Source: Candidatus Omnitrophota bacterium (GTDB taxonomy: Bacteria > Omnitrophota > Gorgyraeia > 2-01-FULL-45-10). Taken from it: 59,524 bases of DNA. Of the stretch, positions 35,212 to 43,886 are shown in pieces. The notes beneath the pieces are model-generated. The model saw only the letters and a program-made list of their open reading frames with translations. It had not been told where the DNA came from and searched no databases. How positions within the stretch are numbered: the first letter of the stretch is position 1; the number at the start of each line of letters is the position of its first letter. The stretch covers positions 1 through 59,524 of the forward strand of contig JAGOLR010000006.1 of NCBI GenBank assembly GCA_017993955.1. Reading direction: 5' to 3'. The translations under genes were made by a program, and so were the position numbers.

Positions 35212-35234
35212 TGATATAATGAGTATATACTCAT
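35212..35234 (+). promoter_or_regulatory. Extended -10 promoter (TGATATAAT) overlapped by perfect 16-nt palindrome ATGAGTATATACTCAT
   Basis: Read directly; upstream of the DUF134 DNA-binding protein gene. Confidence 0.3.
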
Positions 35235-35279
35235 AAAATAAGCTGTGAGTAACTTTTTTAAAATGCGGGGTTTGAAATC

Positions 35280-35348
35280 GTCATGTGAAGCCGCGATATC
35301 GGCTGAAGCAACCTAAAAGATATATTGCTTCGATTCGCTCGCAATGAC
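35280..35348. repeat. Palindromic element copy a (degenerate left arm GTCATGTGAAG ... CTCGCAATGAC)
   Basis: Shares CGAAGCAA / TTGCTTCG and CTCGCAATGAC blocks with copies b-f. Confidence 0.65.
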
Positions 35349-35366
35349 AGAAAAACCATAAAGTTT

Positions 35367-35666
35367 ATGCCAAGAGGCCGTCCCGTAAAGATTAAAACTA
35401 TAAGAAAGAAGCCGCCTATAAGCCAATTTAGCCCAAGAGGCCGTATAGGAAGGCCTGGCTATGCAGGGCTTAAATTTGAGGAGTTTGAGGCTATAAGACT
35501 GTCAGATCATATAGGCCTTGACCAGAAACAGGCCGCGAAATTTATGGATATAAGCCAGCAGACTTTTTCACGCGTTTTACGTAACGCCAGAAAAAATATC
35601 GCCAAAGCGCTGGTTGACGGAGAAATTATAAAGATAACCGGAGGCCTGTATAAACTTGAAAAGTGA
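35367..35666 (+). CDS. DUF134 (UPF0251) predicted DNA-binding protein
   Basis: MPRGRPVK...FSPRG...FEEFEAIRLSDHIGLDQKQAAKFMDISQQTFSRVLRNARKNIAKALVDG; the ORF-track extension MLRFARNDRK is encoded by repeat copy a. Confidence 0.75.
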   Translation: MPRGRPVKIKTIRKKPPISQFSPRGRIGRPGYAGLKFEEFEAIRLSDHIGLDQKQAAKFMDISQQTFSRVLRNARKNIAKALVDGEIIKITGGLYKLEK

Positions 35667-35790
35667 CGTTCTATTATTGGTAATTATCGCGGCAATAATC
35701 ATATGCTGCGTGGGATTGGGCGGGTGTGCATCGATACCGATACCAAACCAGCTGCCGATACCTAATTTTATACCGTTTATAGGGAGCTAG
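35656..35790 (+). CDS. Possible 44-aa lipoprotein (TTG start)
   Basis: LKSDVLLLVIIAAIIICCVGLGGCASIPIPNQLPIPNFIPFIGS: hydrophobic helix + LGGC lipobox; overlaps DUF134 stop; no SD evident. Confidence 0.3.
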   Translation: MKSDVLLLVIIAAIIICCVGLGGCASIPIPNQLPIPNFIPFIGS

Positions 35791-35819
35791 CATATAACAC
35801 ATGTAACGGGTATGGTTTT

Positions 35820-35842
35820 ATAGGGCCTAAATACGGCCCTAT
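35820..35842 (+). terminator. Hairpin ATAGGGCC-taaatac-GGCCCTAT
   Basis: 8-bp perfect stem after the small ORF; weak T-tract so function uncertain. Confidence 0.3.
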
Positions 35843-36007
35843 TATAATAATAACTAACGTCCTATAATATATCTTATGTTAACTTGAGCTTATGAAAATA
35901 TGCGTTGTAAACAATTGAATGCCATATAGTTATAAACATATGTAAATTACCTGTTGATAACATCGATTTTTACGCGGCTTAGGTCATGCTATGGCTTCTG
36001 CTATTAT

Positions 36008-36126
36008 GTCATTGCGAGAAACCCTTCGTTTTCTCTCAACGCGGCGAAGCAGCCTGCTATTATCTATTTAAGCGCAATCTGATATGGATTGCTTCGGCCT
36101 TACTATCGTTCCAGCCTCGCAATGAG
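36008..36126. repeat. Palindromic element copy b (GTCATTGCGAG...CGAAGCAGCC...GATTGCTTCG...CTCGCAATGAG)
   Basis: Both arms present, long loop; lies just 3' of yjbQ. Confidence 0.7.
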
Positions 36127-36144
36127 ATTTGGGATCGATGCGGC

Positions 36145-36573
36145 TTATTCTCCAGAGAATTGCAGGATTACTTCGCGGGAACGGCTTCTGTTATCGAATT
36201 CTGCCAGCACTACTTGCTGCCAGGTGCCTAAGGAAGTCTTTGAATCTTCAAATGGTATTACAATAGATGGTCCGAAAAGGCTTGCTCTAATATGGCTGGA
36301 ACCGTTGTTGTCACCCCAGGTTTCATCGTGATGATAATGCCGGTTTGACGGGGCTATCTTTTCGAATAATTCCTGCATATCCTTGACAAGCCCCGGTTCG
36401 TATTCAAGCGTGGTTATGGCGGCCGTGGAACCTACTACAAATACGCATACAGTGCCTTTTTTTAGGCCCGTTTCGGTCAAGGCTCTACCTATCATGTCTG
36501 TTATATTTATAAGGTCTCCAGGGCCTTTTGTGGGGATTTTAAGGGTGGTTCTGGTGGTCTTTAAACCTGCCAT
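36145..36573 (-). CDS. yjbQ: YjbQ/UPF0047 family (secondary thiamine-phosphate synthase) protein
   Basis: GLVKDMQELFEKIAP...HYHHDETWGDNNGSSHIRASLFGPS...GTWQQVVLAEFD typical UPF0047 blocks. Confidence 0.85.
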   Translation of the reverse strand: MAGLKTTRTTLKIPTKGPGDLINITDMIGRALTETGLKKGTVCVFVVGSTAAITTLEYEPGLVKDMQELFEKIAPSNRHYHHDETWGDNNGSSHIRASLFGPSIVIPFEDSKTSLGTWQQVVLAEFDNRSRSREVILQFSGE

Positions 36574-36577
36574 TTTA

Positions 36578-36979
36578 TCAGTCTGTTTCTATGGTTACGG
36601 TTTCTTCAGGTAATTCCGGATCGGGCGTCATCGGCACCTGGTTTTTTCTTATTTTGGCTCTTATCTCAGCCGATTGTTTTTTGGCGAATTCCACGTCTCT
36701 TTTATGCATCTTTTCTTTGAAGGCCTTATTCTCTTTTGCCTGGTTTGCGTAGTAATCCTTTACCAATGTTTTTTGTCCGCTTTTTGGGACAAATTTAAGT
36801 ATGCCGCGGAATATGTTATTTTTGAACTCCTGGCGGGATGCGTGGGACTTGGCTATATTGGCTTGTTTTTTACGAAAAGCTACGGTTTCTTTTGGGAGCT
36901 CGCCTGCGTAAAGCAGGTGAGGAAGAGGCGCAAGGCAGGCTGTTATAGCTATGGCTACCCCTAGCTTAACATACCTCAT
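36578..36979 (-). CDS. Secreted Lys-rich protein, unknown function
   Basis: Signal peptide MRYVKLGVAIAITACLAPLPHLLYA; 133 aa; operonic with neighbours. Confidence 0.5.
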   Translation of the reverse strand: MRYVKLGVAIAITACLAPLPHLLYAGELPKETVAFRKKQANIAKSHASRQEFKNNIFRGILKFVPKSGQKTLVKDYYANQAKENKAFKEKMHKRDVEFAKKQSAEIRAKIRKNQVPMTPDPELPEETVTIETD

Positions 36980-36992
36980 ACGCCACTCTCCC

Positions 36993-37697
36993 CTATCGTT
37001 TTTTGGCAGGGTATTTATTCAGGATCTTTAGCACGCTGTCTGCGGATGGCGGCATCTTTGCCTTGCCGTCTATCATTATATCGTATGCCGACAAAGACTT
37101 TCCGTATAGCTCCCTGTCTCCATCCCAATGCTGCGTTATTACGGCCCCTTCAAGTTTGACACCGGCGAAAAGGCCGCGGCTTCTTGAGTATGACAAGATT
37201 CCGCCCTTCATCTGGATATCCGTAGAGGCTTCCGCAGCTCGGCCCACAGGGCCTGCGGCGACCGATGCGTCACCGCCAAGTTTGAACTGGCCTTGCAGGA
37301 TCCCGTCAACGCTTCGGCGGTTCATTATTAGAAGCACGAAGTCGGTAGCCTGGCCGCCTATCTGCCACCCGAGGCTTCCGCCCGCTATAGTGAATATGCC
37401 GGGCGGCATCCATTTACCGGTCTTTTCATCCCTGACCATTATGATCCCTTGGCCGTATTTCCCACCTATTATAAAACCAGCGGATACGGTACTGGGGAAT
37501 ATGGCGATCGCGGAGCAGTTTCTCATAAGATCTTCAGGTATGCCTTGGTCTGGCATCTGCTGTATCTCGCCAAGGACCCTCCCGGACTCATCTACAAGTC
37601 GGGTCCATTTATTATCTTCCGCTTTTACATTAACCGGCGCAGTAAAAACGAGCGTCAAGGCGATTGCAAATACCAAGAATATTCTGATATTATTCAT
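36993..37697 (-). CDS. SYLF (Ysc84/DUF500) lipid-binding domain protein, secreted
   Basis: AIAIFPSTVSAGFIIGGKYGQGIIMVRD...GGSLGWQIGGQATDFVLLIMN...FKLGGDASVAAGPVGR. Confidence 0.8.
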   Translation of the reverse strand: MNNIRIFLVFAIALTLVFTAPVNVKAEDNKWTRLVDESGRVLGEIQQMPDQGIPEDLMRNCSAIAIFPSTVSAGFIIGGKYGQGIIMVRDEKTGKWMPPGIFTIAGGSLGWQIGGQATDFVLLIMNRRSVDGILQGQFKLGGDASVAAGPVGRAAEASTDIQMKGGILSYSRSRGLFAGVKLEGAVITQHWDGDRELYGKSLSAYDIMIDGKAKMPPSADSVLKILNKYPAKKR

Positions 37698-37789
37698 AAC
37701 AGCTGCCTCCTTGAATAGGTATTAGAAAATTACGTAATCTGATTTTCAATACAATTATAGATACCGTTCTAACCGGTGTCAAGGAATAC

Positions 37790-37817
37790 TTGTTTTTAGC
37801 GGCTTTTATGATATACT
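37790..37817 (+). promoter_or_regulatory. Promoter TTGTTT-N16-TATACT with TGn extension, 10 nt from glgC ATG
   Basis: Read directly; no SD between -10 and ATG 37828. Confidence 0.45.
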
Positions 37818-37827
37818 CTATCTTACT

Positions 37828-39099
37828 ATGGAAAGAAGAAACCAAAGAAAGATGGTTGCTTTGATACTGGGCGGCGGCCAGGGTAAGCGGTTATTCCCGC
37901 TTACCATGTACCGCTCCAAACCGGCCGTACCGATAGGCGGTAAATACAGGCTTATAGACATACCGATATCCAATTGTCTCCATTCAAATATTAAAGACAT
38001 ATACGTCCTTACCCAATTTAACTCCGAATCTCTTAATAACCATATAAATAATACATATCGTTTTGATTATTTCTCAAGGGCTTTTGTGCGCATACTCGCG
38101 GCCGAGCAGACTCTGGACAATATAAACTGGTTCCAGGGGACTGCCGATGCAGTACGTAAGAATATAATCCATCTCAACCTCCAGGGTGACGAAGACGTGC
38201 TGATACTCTCCGGCGACCATCTTTACAATATGGATTACAGGGATTTTGCCGCTTTTCATAGAAAGACCGGCGCGGATTTTTCGGTTTCAGTCCTCCCTAT
38301 ACGCGAAAGCGAGGTCAGGGAATTCGGCATACTTGAGTTGGCCGCAAACGGCCGGATATCCCGGTTCAAGGAAAAGCCTAAAACAAAGTCGGATCTTAAA
38401 GGGTTCCATTATGTCGGCGGCAAGGGTTTTCCCGGAGGCCGTTTCTCCAAAGGGTCTTATTTTCTGGCATCTATGGGTGTGTACATATTCAATGCGAAGG
38501 CCCTTAAAAAAGCGCTGGATAATACGGATGCCGATTTCGGTAAAGAGGTTATACCGCATTCCATAAAGAACCTTAAAGGCTACGGATATGTGTTTGACGG
38601 TTACTGGAAAGATGTCGGGACGATAAAATCTTTTTACGATGTGAATATGGAGATGGCCGCTTCTAAACCGCATTTCGATTTTTTCTACGAAGGTGACGTA
38701 TTTACCAGGCCTCGGTTCCTTCCGGCTGCCAGAGTATTAAATTCCAGGCTCCAGCATTGCATAGTTTCCGAAGGTTGCGTTATAAGCGACGCGGAGGTTA
38801 AAAACTCTATCGTTGGCTTGCGCACTATAATAGAAAAACGCTGCCGCATAACCAGGACGGTGCTTATGGGCGCGGATTATTTTGAGCGCGATAAGGCTAG
38901 CGGGTCCGTAAAGCTGGGTATCGGTGATGGCACCACTATAGATAAGGCTATAGTCGATAAGAACGCCAGAATAGGCAAGAACTGCGTTATAAGGAACCTC
39001 AAAGGACTGAAGAATTTTGACGGGCCGAATTATTATATCCGCGACGGAGTCGTGATAATACCGAAGAATGCGGTCATTAAGGATAACACCAAGATATAA
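37828..39099 (+). CDS. glgC: Glucose-1-phosphate adenylyltransferase
   Basis: LILGGGQGKRLFPLTMYRSKPAVPIGGKYRLIDIPISNC, C-terminal hexapeptide domain; start could also be ATG 37852. Confidence 0.9.
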   Translation: MERRNQRKMVALILGGGQGKRLFPLTMYRSKPAVPIGGKYRLIDIPISNCLHSNIKDIYVLTQFNSESLNNHINNTYRFDYFSRAFVRILAAEQTLDNINWFQGTADAVRKNIIHLNLQGDEDVLILSGDHLYNMDYRDFAAFHRKTGADFSVSVLPIRESEVREFGILELAANGRISRFKEKPKTKSDLKGFHYVGGKGFPGGRFSKGSYFLASMGVYIFNAKALKKALDNTDADFGKEVIPHSIKNLKGYGYVFDGYWKDVGTIKSFYDVNMEMAASKPHFDFFYEGDVFTRPRFLPAARVLNSRLQHCIVSEGCVISDAEVKNSIVGLRTIIEKRCRITRTVLMGADYFERDKASGSVKLGIGDGTTIDKAIVDKNARIGKNCVIRNLKGLKNFDGPNYYIRDGVVIIPKNAVIKDNTKI

Positions 39100-39108
39100 T
39101 CAGGCATG

Positions 39109-39199
39109 GTCATTGCGAGGAGCATGCCGTTTTTCGTATAGTGCGACGAAGCAACCTATAAAAACGGGATTGCTTCGCCCCTTCGGGGCTCGCAATGAC
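39109..39199. repeat. Palindromic element copy c (complete)
   Basis: GTCATTGCGAGGAGC...CGACGAAGCAACC-loop-GGATTGCTTCGCC...GGCTCGCAATGAC between convergent glgC and radical SAM genes. Confidence 0.75.
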
Positions 39200-39202
39200 G
39201 TC

Positions 39203-40108
39203 TCAGATCGCGCTCCCTTGTCCACTGCCTCTTCTCTCCAGCTCTTCCTTTATCCGATTTATCGTTCCCATTTTGTCGAGTGCCCATTTCGGCGCGACGT
39301 GGCTTTCTTTACTGCCCTCGCCCGTTAGCCGCTGTATTATTATGTCTTTTGAGAGGCGCTCCAGGAAATCCGATACAAGTTTTGCATATTCATCCTGCTC
39401 TAGCAATTTTACCATCCCCTCCCTATAAAGTTTTTCAAGTTCGCTTCCCTTCAGTATGTGAAGTAGATGGATCTTCGCCCCGTCAACTTTAAGTTCCGTG
39501 AGGGCTCTCGCTGTCGACATCATATCTTCATGGCTCTCGTCAGGCAACCCCAGGATCACGTGGGCGCATACTTTTATTCCGAGCTCTTTTGTCATGTCGT
39601 ATGCCCTAAGGAATGCGCCATAGTCATGGCCGCGCCGTATGATTTTAAAGGTTTTGTCGTGGATAGACTGGAGGCCGTATTCAACCCATACATCATAGCG
39701 ATCCATATATGATGCTATGAGTTTCAGTTTTTCGCGGTCGACTGCATCAGGCCTTGTCCCTATGGATAACCCCGCGATCTCTTTAAAATCGGTTACCGCA
39801 TCATAGATATCCCGCAGTTTTTCAACGGGAGCGTATGTATTGGTGAATGCTTGAAAGTAGGCGATGAATTTAGTCGCCCTTTTAGATCTTTGAAGGAATT
39901 TTATGCGGTCCGCGATCTGATCGCGGACGGACTTCCGAGGGTCTGTATATGTAGAGCGGGATCCCGCCGAGTCGCAATAGATACACCCAGCAGTTCCGGA
40001 TGTCCCATCGCGGTTCGGGCATGTAAATCCCGCATCTATACCGATGCGATACACTTTCGTGCCGAATTTTTTCAGGAGGTAAGAGCTGTAGTCGTTATAG
40101 AAAGTCAT
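39203..40108 (-). CDS. TIGR01212-family radical SAM protein (YhcC-like)
   Basis: GFTCPNRDGTSGTAGCIYCD Cys cluster and overall 301-aa layout. Confidence 0.85.
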   Translation of the reverse strand: MTFYNDYSSYLLKKFGTKVYRIGIDAGFTCPNRDGTSGTAGCIYCDSAGSRSTYTDPRKSVRDQIADRIKFLQRSKRATKFIAYFQAFTNTYAPVEKLRDIYDAVTDFKEIAGLSIGTRPDAVDREKLKLIASYMDRYDVWVEYGLQSIHDKTFKIIRRGHDYGAFLRAYDMTKELGIKVCAHVILGLPDESHEDMMSTARALTELKVDGAKIHLLHILKGSELEKLYREGMVKLLEQDEYAKLVSDFLERLSKDIIIQRLTGEGSKESHVAPKWALDKMGTINRIKEELERRGSGQGSAI

Positions 40109-40114
40109 AATGCG

Positions 40115-40795
40115 TTAGAAAGAAATTTTGTTCTTGAGCCATAATACGTTGGCTTCGTACCACTTGTCGCCCTTACCTCTTAAGGATTGCAGCATATAAG
40201 AGACATCGAACTTGATGTATTTATTTATTTCTATCTCCAGGCCCGATTGGAACCTGTTTTGGCTGAACCCGCGGCCGTTTGATAACACAAATATCTCATT
40301 TGAGCTGTATGGCACTATTTTCATGCCTCTGAATTCTAACGGATATTTTAATGAAAACTTATTCCTATATCTTATATTGTCATCGGCGAACCTGGAATGG
40401 CGGTATTCAAGGCGGTTCCGGTCTTCGAATTTCAGCCCACACAGATCCTGCTTCCATGAAAGTATCACATAAGGTTCATCCGATTCCATCCATTTATGTT
40501 TGGCCCTTTCCAGGACCAACCTGTACCCAAGATTGAGCTCGAGCCTCTTGTCGAAAGCCCATGCGAAACCCCAGTCGTAATGCTGGTAGAAGAACTCCGT
40601 GGCGGTCTCCGCGTATCTGAGCTCCTCCTCCATGGTAAATTTCGTGGCTTTGCCTATTTTGAGATCCTGGGCGTTGGTGTTCCATATCTGAAAGTCATCA
40701 TCTTTATATGCCGCTTCGGAAGCGCAGGCGCAAAAAAGCGCCAAGGTGGTAAGGCCTAGCGCAAAAGCTCTTCTTGCAGACACGAAAGCAGTCAT
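40115..40795 (-). CDS. Outer-membrane beta-barrel protein (DUF2490-like)
   Basis: Signal peptide ending CACASEA; alternating-pattern strands, ends in ...LKNKISF; family call tentative. Confidence 0.5.
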   Translation of the reverse strand: MTAFVSARRAFALGLTTLALFCACASEAAYKDDDFQIWNTNAQDLKIGKATKFTMEEELRYAETATEFFYQHYDWGFAWAFDKRLELNLGYRLVLERAKHKWMESDEPYVILSWKQDLCGLKFEDRNRLEYRHSRFADDNIRYRNKFSLKYPLEFRGMKIVPYSSNEIFVLSNGRGFSQNRFQSGLEIEINKYIKFDVSYMLQSLRGKGDKWYEANVLWLKNKISF

Positions 40796-42582
40796 GCTTT
40801 CTTCTCCCGTCTCAATTTATCCAAGTATACCATGAGAATCGATATCGCTGCAGGCGTTATACCAGATATTCTGGATGCCTGACCCAAGTTTGCCGGTTTT
40901 ATCCTGGATAGCTTCTCCCTGACCTCGGCTGATATGGCGGATACCTTTTTGTAGTCTATGGCGCCGGGGATCTTTATCTTCTCTATCTTTTTGAGGCGAA
41001 GTACATCCGCCAGCTGGCGCTGTATGAAACCCTCATATTTTATCTCTATCTCGACCTCTTTCTTCTCTTCGGCAGAAAGCCCCGAATCCGGCGCTATTTC
41101 ATCGTAAGTAACACCCGGCCTTCTCAGTAGTTTATCTTTGCGGGATTTTTTAAGCCTGGTTATCTCAGCGTCTACACTTTTTCTTTTCTCTAAAATGGCC
41201 GTATGCCTATCTTTACCGATCAAACCCAGCTTGTACCCTATATGAGTTAACCTTGAGTCCGCGTTGTCCTCGCGCAGTATCAGGCGGTATTCTACTCTCG
41301 AAGTGAACATGCGGTAAGGTTCGTTGGTACCTTTAGTTACAAGATCGTCTATCAGGACTCCTATGTAGGCCTGGGAGCGCTCGAGTATTAGCGGTGCCTT
41401 GCCGGTGACTTTGAGCGCGGCGTTTATACCCGCGATCAAACCCAGGCAGGCAGCCTCTTCGTAACCGGTGGTGCCGTTTATCTGTCCGGCAAGATACAGC
41501 CCTTTTACAGACTTTGTTTCAAGCGTCGGGAAGAGCTCTGTGGGGTCTATGAAGTCATACTCTATGCCGTATCCAGGCTTCACGATCCTGGCATTCTCAA
41601 GGCCTTCTATGGAATGGACCATCTCCTCCTGTGCGTCCAGGGGCAGGCTTGTTGAGATACCGTTGGGATAATAATCCGTGGTCGAAAGGCTTTCCGGTTC
41701 CAGAAATATATGGTGGCGCTCGCGGTCAGGGAAACGATATATCTTATCCTCTATCGAAGGGCAGTATCGTACTCCGGTCCCTTTTATCTTTCCCGTGAAT
41801 AGAGGTGACCTGTCAAGATTGTCCCTTATTATATCGTGTGTTTTTTTATTGGTGTAAGTTATGTGGCAGGGAAGCTGTTTTATATCTATGCCTTTTGTGG
41901 AAAACGAGAAAGGAGTTATGTATTCGTCGCCGTTCTGAACCATAAGCTTTGAAAAATCTATGGTCCTTCCGTCAATCCTGGCGCAGGTGCCTGTCTTCAG
42001 GCGGCCCATCCTGAACCCCAGGGTCTTTATCGATGCGGCAAGAGATGTCGCCGCCTTCTCCCCCACCCTCCCCCCCGGTTCGTGATCCAAACCTATGTGT
42101 ATAAGGCCCCGCAGGAATGTGCCCGGTGTTACCACAAGAGCATTAGTGCGGTATTCCGCTCCTCCGCAGACCCTGACCCCCTCGACCCCACCTTTATTAA
42201 CTATTATATCTTCAACCATGGCCTCAGAAACTTCCAAGAGTCGCTGGCGCGATATTATATTTTTCATGTATTCGCGGTAAGCATGGCGGTCTATCTGAGC
42301 TCTTGAAGACCTTACGGCGGGCCCTTTTTTGGTATTTAGAGTGCGGAATTGCATCATAGTCGCGTCAGCGGCCTTGCCCATCTCTCCGCCAAGGGCATCG
42401 AGCTCCTTTACAAGCTGACCCTTGGCCAGGCCTCCTATGGCTGGGTTGCAGGACATCTCCCCTATCATCGACTTATTCATTGTCAATAGAAGGGTCTTGC
42501 ATCCCATGCGGCTGGCCGCAAGAGATGCTTCTATGCCTGCGTGGCCTCCGCCGATTACTATGACGTCGTATTTTGGATTCAT
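40792..42582 (-). CDS. mnmG: tRNA uridine 5-carboxymethylaminomethyl modification enzyme MnmG (GidA)
   Basis: [22 protein letters not shown] motif; full-length similarity pattern; 50-codon upstream extension in ORF track lacks conservation. Confidence 0.95.
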   Translation of the reverse strand: MNPKYDVIVIGGGHAGIEASLAASRMGCKTLLLTMNKSMIGEMSCNPAIGGLAKGQLVKELDALGGEMGKAADATMMQFRTLNTKKGPAVRSSRAQIDRHAYREYMKNIISRQRLLEVSEAMVEDIIVNKGGVEGVRVCGGAEYRTNALVVTPGTFLRGLIHIGLDHEPGGRVGEKAATSLAASIKTLGFRMGRLKTGTCARIDGRTIDFSKLMVQNGDEYITPFSFSTKGIDIKQLPCHITYTNKKTHDIIRDNLDRSPLFTGKIKGTGVRYCPSIEDKIYRFPDRERHHIFLEPESLSTTDYYPNGISTSLPLDAQEEMVHSIEGLENARIVKPGYGIEYDFIDPTELFPTLETKSVKGLYLAGQINGTTGYEEAACLGLIAGINAALKVTGKAPLILERSQAYIGVLIDDLVTKGTNEPYRMFTSRVEYRLILREDNADSRLTHIGYKLGLIGKDRHTAILEKRKSVDAEITRLKKSRKDKLLRRPGVTYDEIAPDSGLSAEEKKEVEIEIKYEGFIQRQLADVLRLKKIEKIKIPGAIDYKKVSAISAEVREKLSRIKPANLGQASRISGITPAAISILMVYLDKLRREKKA

Positions 42583-42589
42583 AGGGCGT

Positions 42590-42598
42590 ATTTTACCA
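42590..42598 (-). promoter_or_regulatory. Extended -10 element TGGTAAAAT, 7 nt from mnmG ATG
   Basis: Read on - strand; weak -35 (TATACA at N18); no SD. Confidence 0.4.
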
Positions 42599-42798
42599 TA
42601 ATTTTGGGAATGGTGTATAGGTGGGAATGAATTATTGTCCGGGGTTTTTTTGCTACTGTAAGATAGCAGGCAAAAAAAGGATGGCAACAGCACGTGTCGG
42701 CACTTGGTGCCATAGGCCCGAGAACGGGTCACTCTTGGCTGTTGTCATCCAATACAAGTATACCCTATCTTTTACAAAAAGCAATAGAACGGTTACCG

Positions 42799-43440
42799 TT
42801 ACTTTCCGTAGAATTTATTGATGGAATCCAGTATCTCCTGTGGCGTGTCCACGACGGAAAACAGGTTGAATTCCGTTTTACTTATCGTCTTATATCTCAC
42901 GCAAGTCTTTTTCATCCATGAGACGGCGCCTTTCCAGAAATCCCTGCCAACCAGTATTACCGGGAAAGGGTCCACCCTTTCGGTCTGTACGAGCGTTATA
43001 GCTTCAAATAGCTCATCCAGGGTGCCGTAACCGCCGGGGAACACCACGAAGGCGCGCGCGTATTTTACGAACATAACTTTTCTTACAAAGAAGTATCTGA
43101 AAGAGACCAATCTTGTTACATAAGGATTCGGTTTTTGAACCGTAGGTATCAATATATTCAGCCCTATCGACTCCCCGCCGGCTTCTTTAGCGCCTTTATT
43201 ACCTGCCTCCATTATCCCGCCGCCGGCTCCGGTGATGACCGCGTAGCCCGATTCTACCAGAAGCCTCGCGGTCTTCTCGGCTATTTTGTAGGGCTTGCTC
43301 GAAGGATGAGAACGGGCAGAGCCGAATATGGATACGGCGTTGTCGACATCGGAGAGTTCTTCAAAACCATCGACAAATTCGCTCATTATCCGGAATATAC
43401 GCCAAGGGTCTTCTTTTACAAAATCGCCTTTTAATGCCAT
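42799..43440 (-). CDS. LOG family (TIGR00730) cytokinin riboside 5'-monophosphate phosphoribohydrolase-like protein
   Basis: ITGAGGGIMEAGNKGA and PGGYGTLDELFE motifs. Confidence 0.85.
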   Translation of the reverse strand: MALKGDFVKEDPWRIFRIMSEFVDGFEELSDVDNAVSIFGSARSHPSSKPYKIAEKTARLLVESGYAVITGAGGGIMEAGNKGAKEAGGESIGLNILIPTVQKPNPYVTRLVSFRYFFVRKVMFVKYARAFVVFPGGYGTLDELFEAITLVQTERVDPFPVILVGRDFWKGAVSWMKKTCVRYKTISKTEFNLFSVVDTPQEILDSINKFYGK

Positions 43441-43441
43441 A

Positions 43442-43882
43442 TTATTTTTTTACCTCCGTTATTATGGTTTTTATATTAAATCTCATCAGGATGCGGTAAG
43501 TCAGAAAGTATGACATCGGGGTTACGGGGTTCACTATTTGATCGAATATCAGATGTTGAGTGAATCCTATGGCCGCGGCCTTCCATATATCTGACAGAGA
43601 ATACGCGTATATTACTATCCAGAGGATGGCTATGAATTCATATGAGTGCAGGACAAGATAAAGCCTCTTAAAGTTTATATCGAGGCAGGCCGCATAGATC
43701 TTTTTAATATTTAACGTGTAAGGATGGTTTAAGTAGTAGTCTATGAAATGGTCGGCGTCTACGAGTACGCCTGCGGCAAAAGAGACGATAGCGCACCATA
43801 AGGATTGGAAATGCGACCATACGTATACGCTTATTATGCCGGAAGTTACGACGTGAGCCAGAGGTCTCGTGGAAATTCTCCG
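43442..43882 (-). CDS. Membrane-bound metal-dependent hydrolase-like (YdjM/DUF457-like) ORF without canonical start codon
   Basis: 146 sense codons open between stops; PLAHVVTSGIISVYVW...AAGVLVDADHFIDYY...; only ATT (43876) or CTG (43861) near the 5' end; stop 1 nt before LOG ATG; missed by ORF track. Confidence 0.4.
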   Translation of the reverse strand, partial: RRISTRPLAHVVTSGIISVYVWSHFQSLWCAIVSFAAGVLVDADHFIDYYLNHPYTLNIKKIYAACLDINFKRLYLVLHSYEFIAILWIVIYAYSLSDIWKAAAIGFTQHLIFDQIVNPVTPMSYFLTYRILMRFNIKTIITEVKK

Positions 43883-43886
43883 TTAT

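Noticed and set aside
35325-35366. N-terminal extension MLRFARNDRKTIKF of the DUF134 protein, and ORFs 35986-36331 and 39068-39428
   Set aside because: They are encoded by the palindromic repeat elements (LRFARND-type artefact peptides), not by genuine coding sequence.
37003-37725. 240-aa + strand ORF (Pro/Ser-rich) opposite the SYLF gene
   Set aside because: It is a shadow frame of a clearly recognisable SYLF/DUF500 protein on the - strand. It has low-complexity composition and no start context.
42583-42732. 50-codon N-terminal extension of mnmG in the ORF track
   Set aside because: The conserved FAD-binding N-terminus starts at [16 protein letters not shown]. The extension overlaps a promoter-like element and hairpins.
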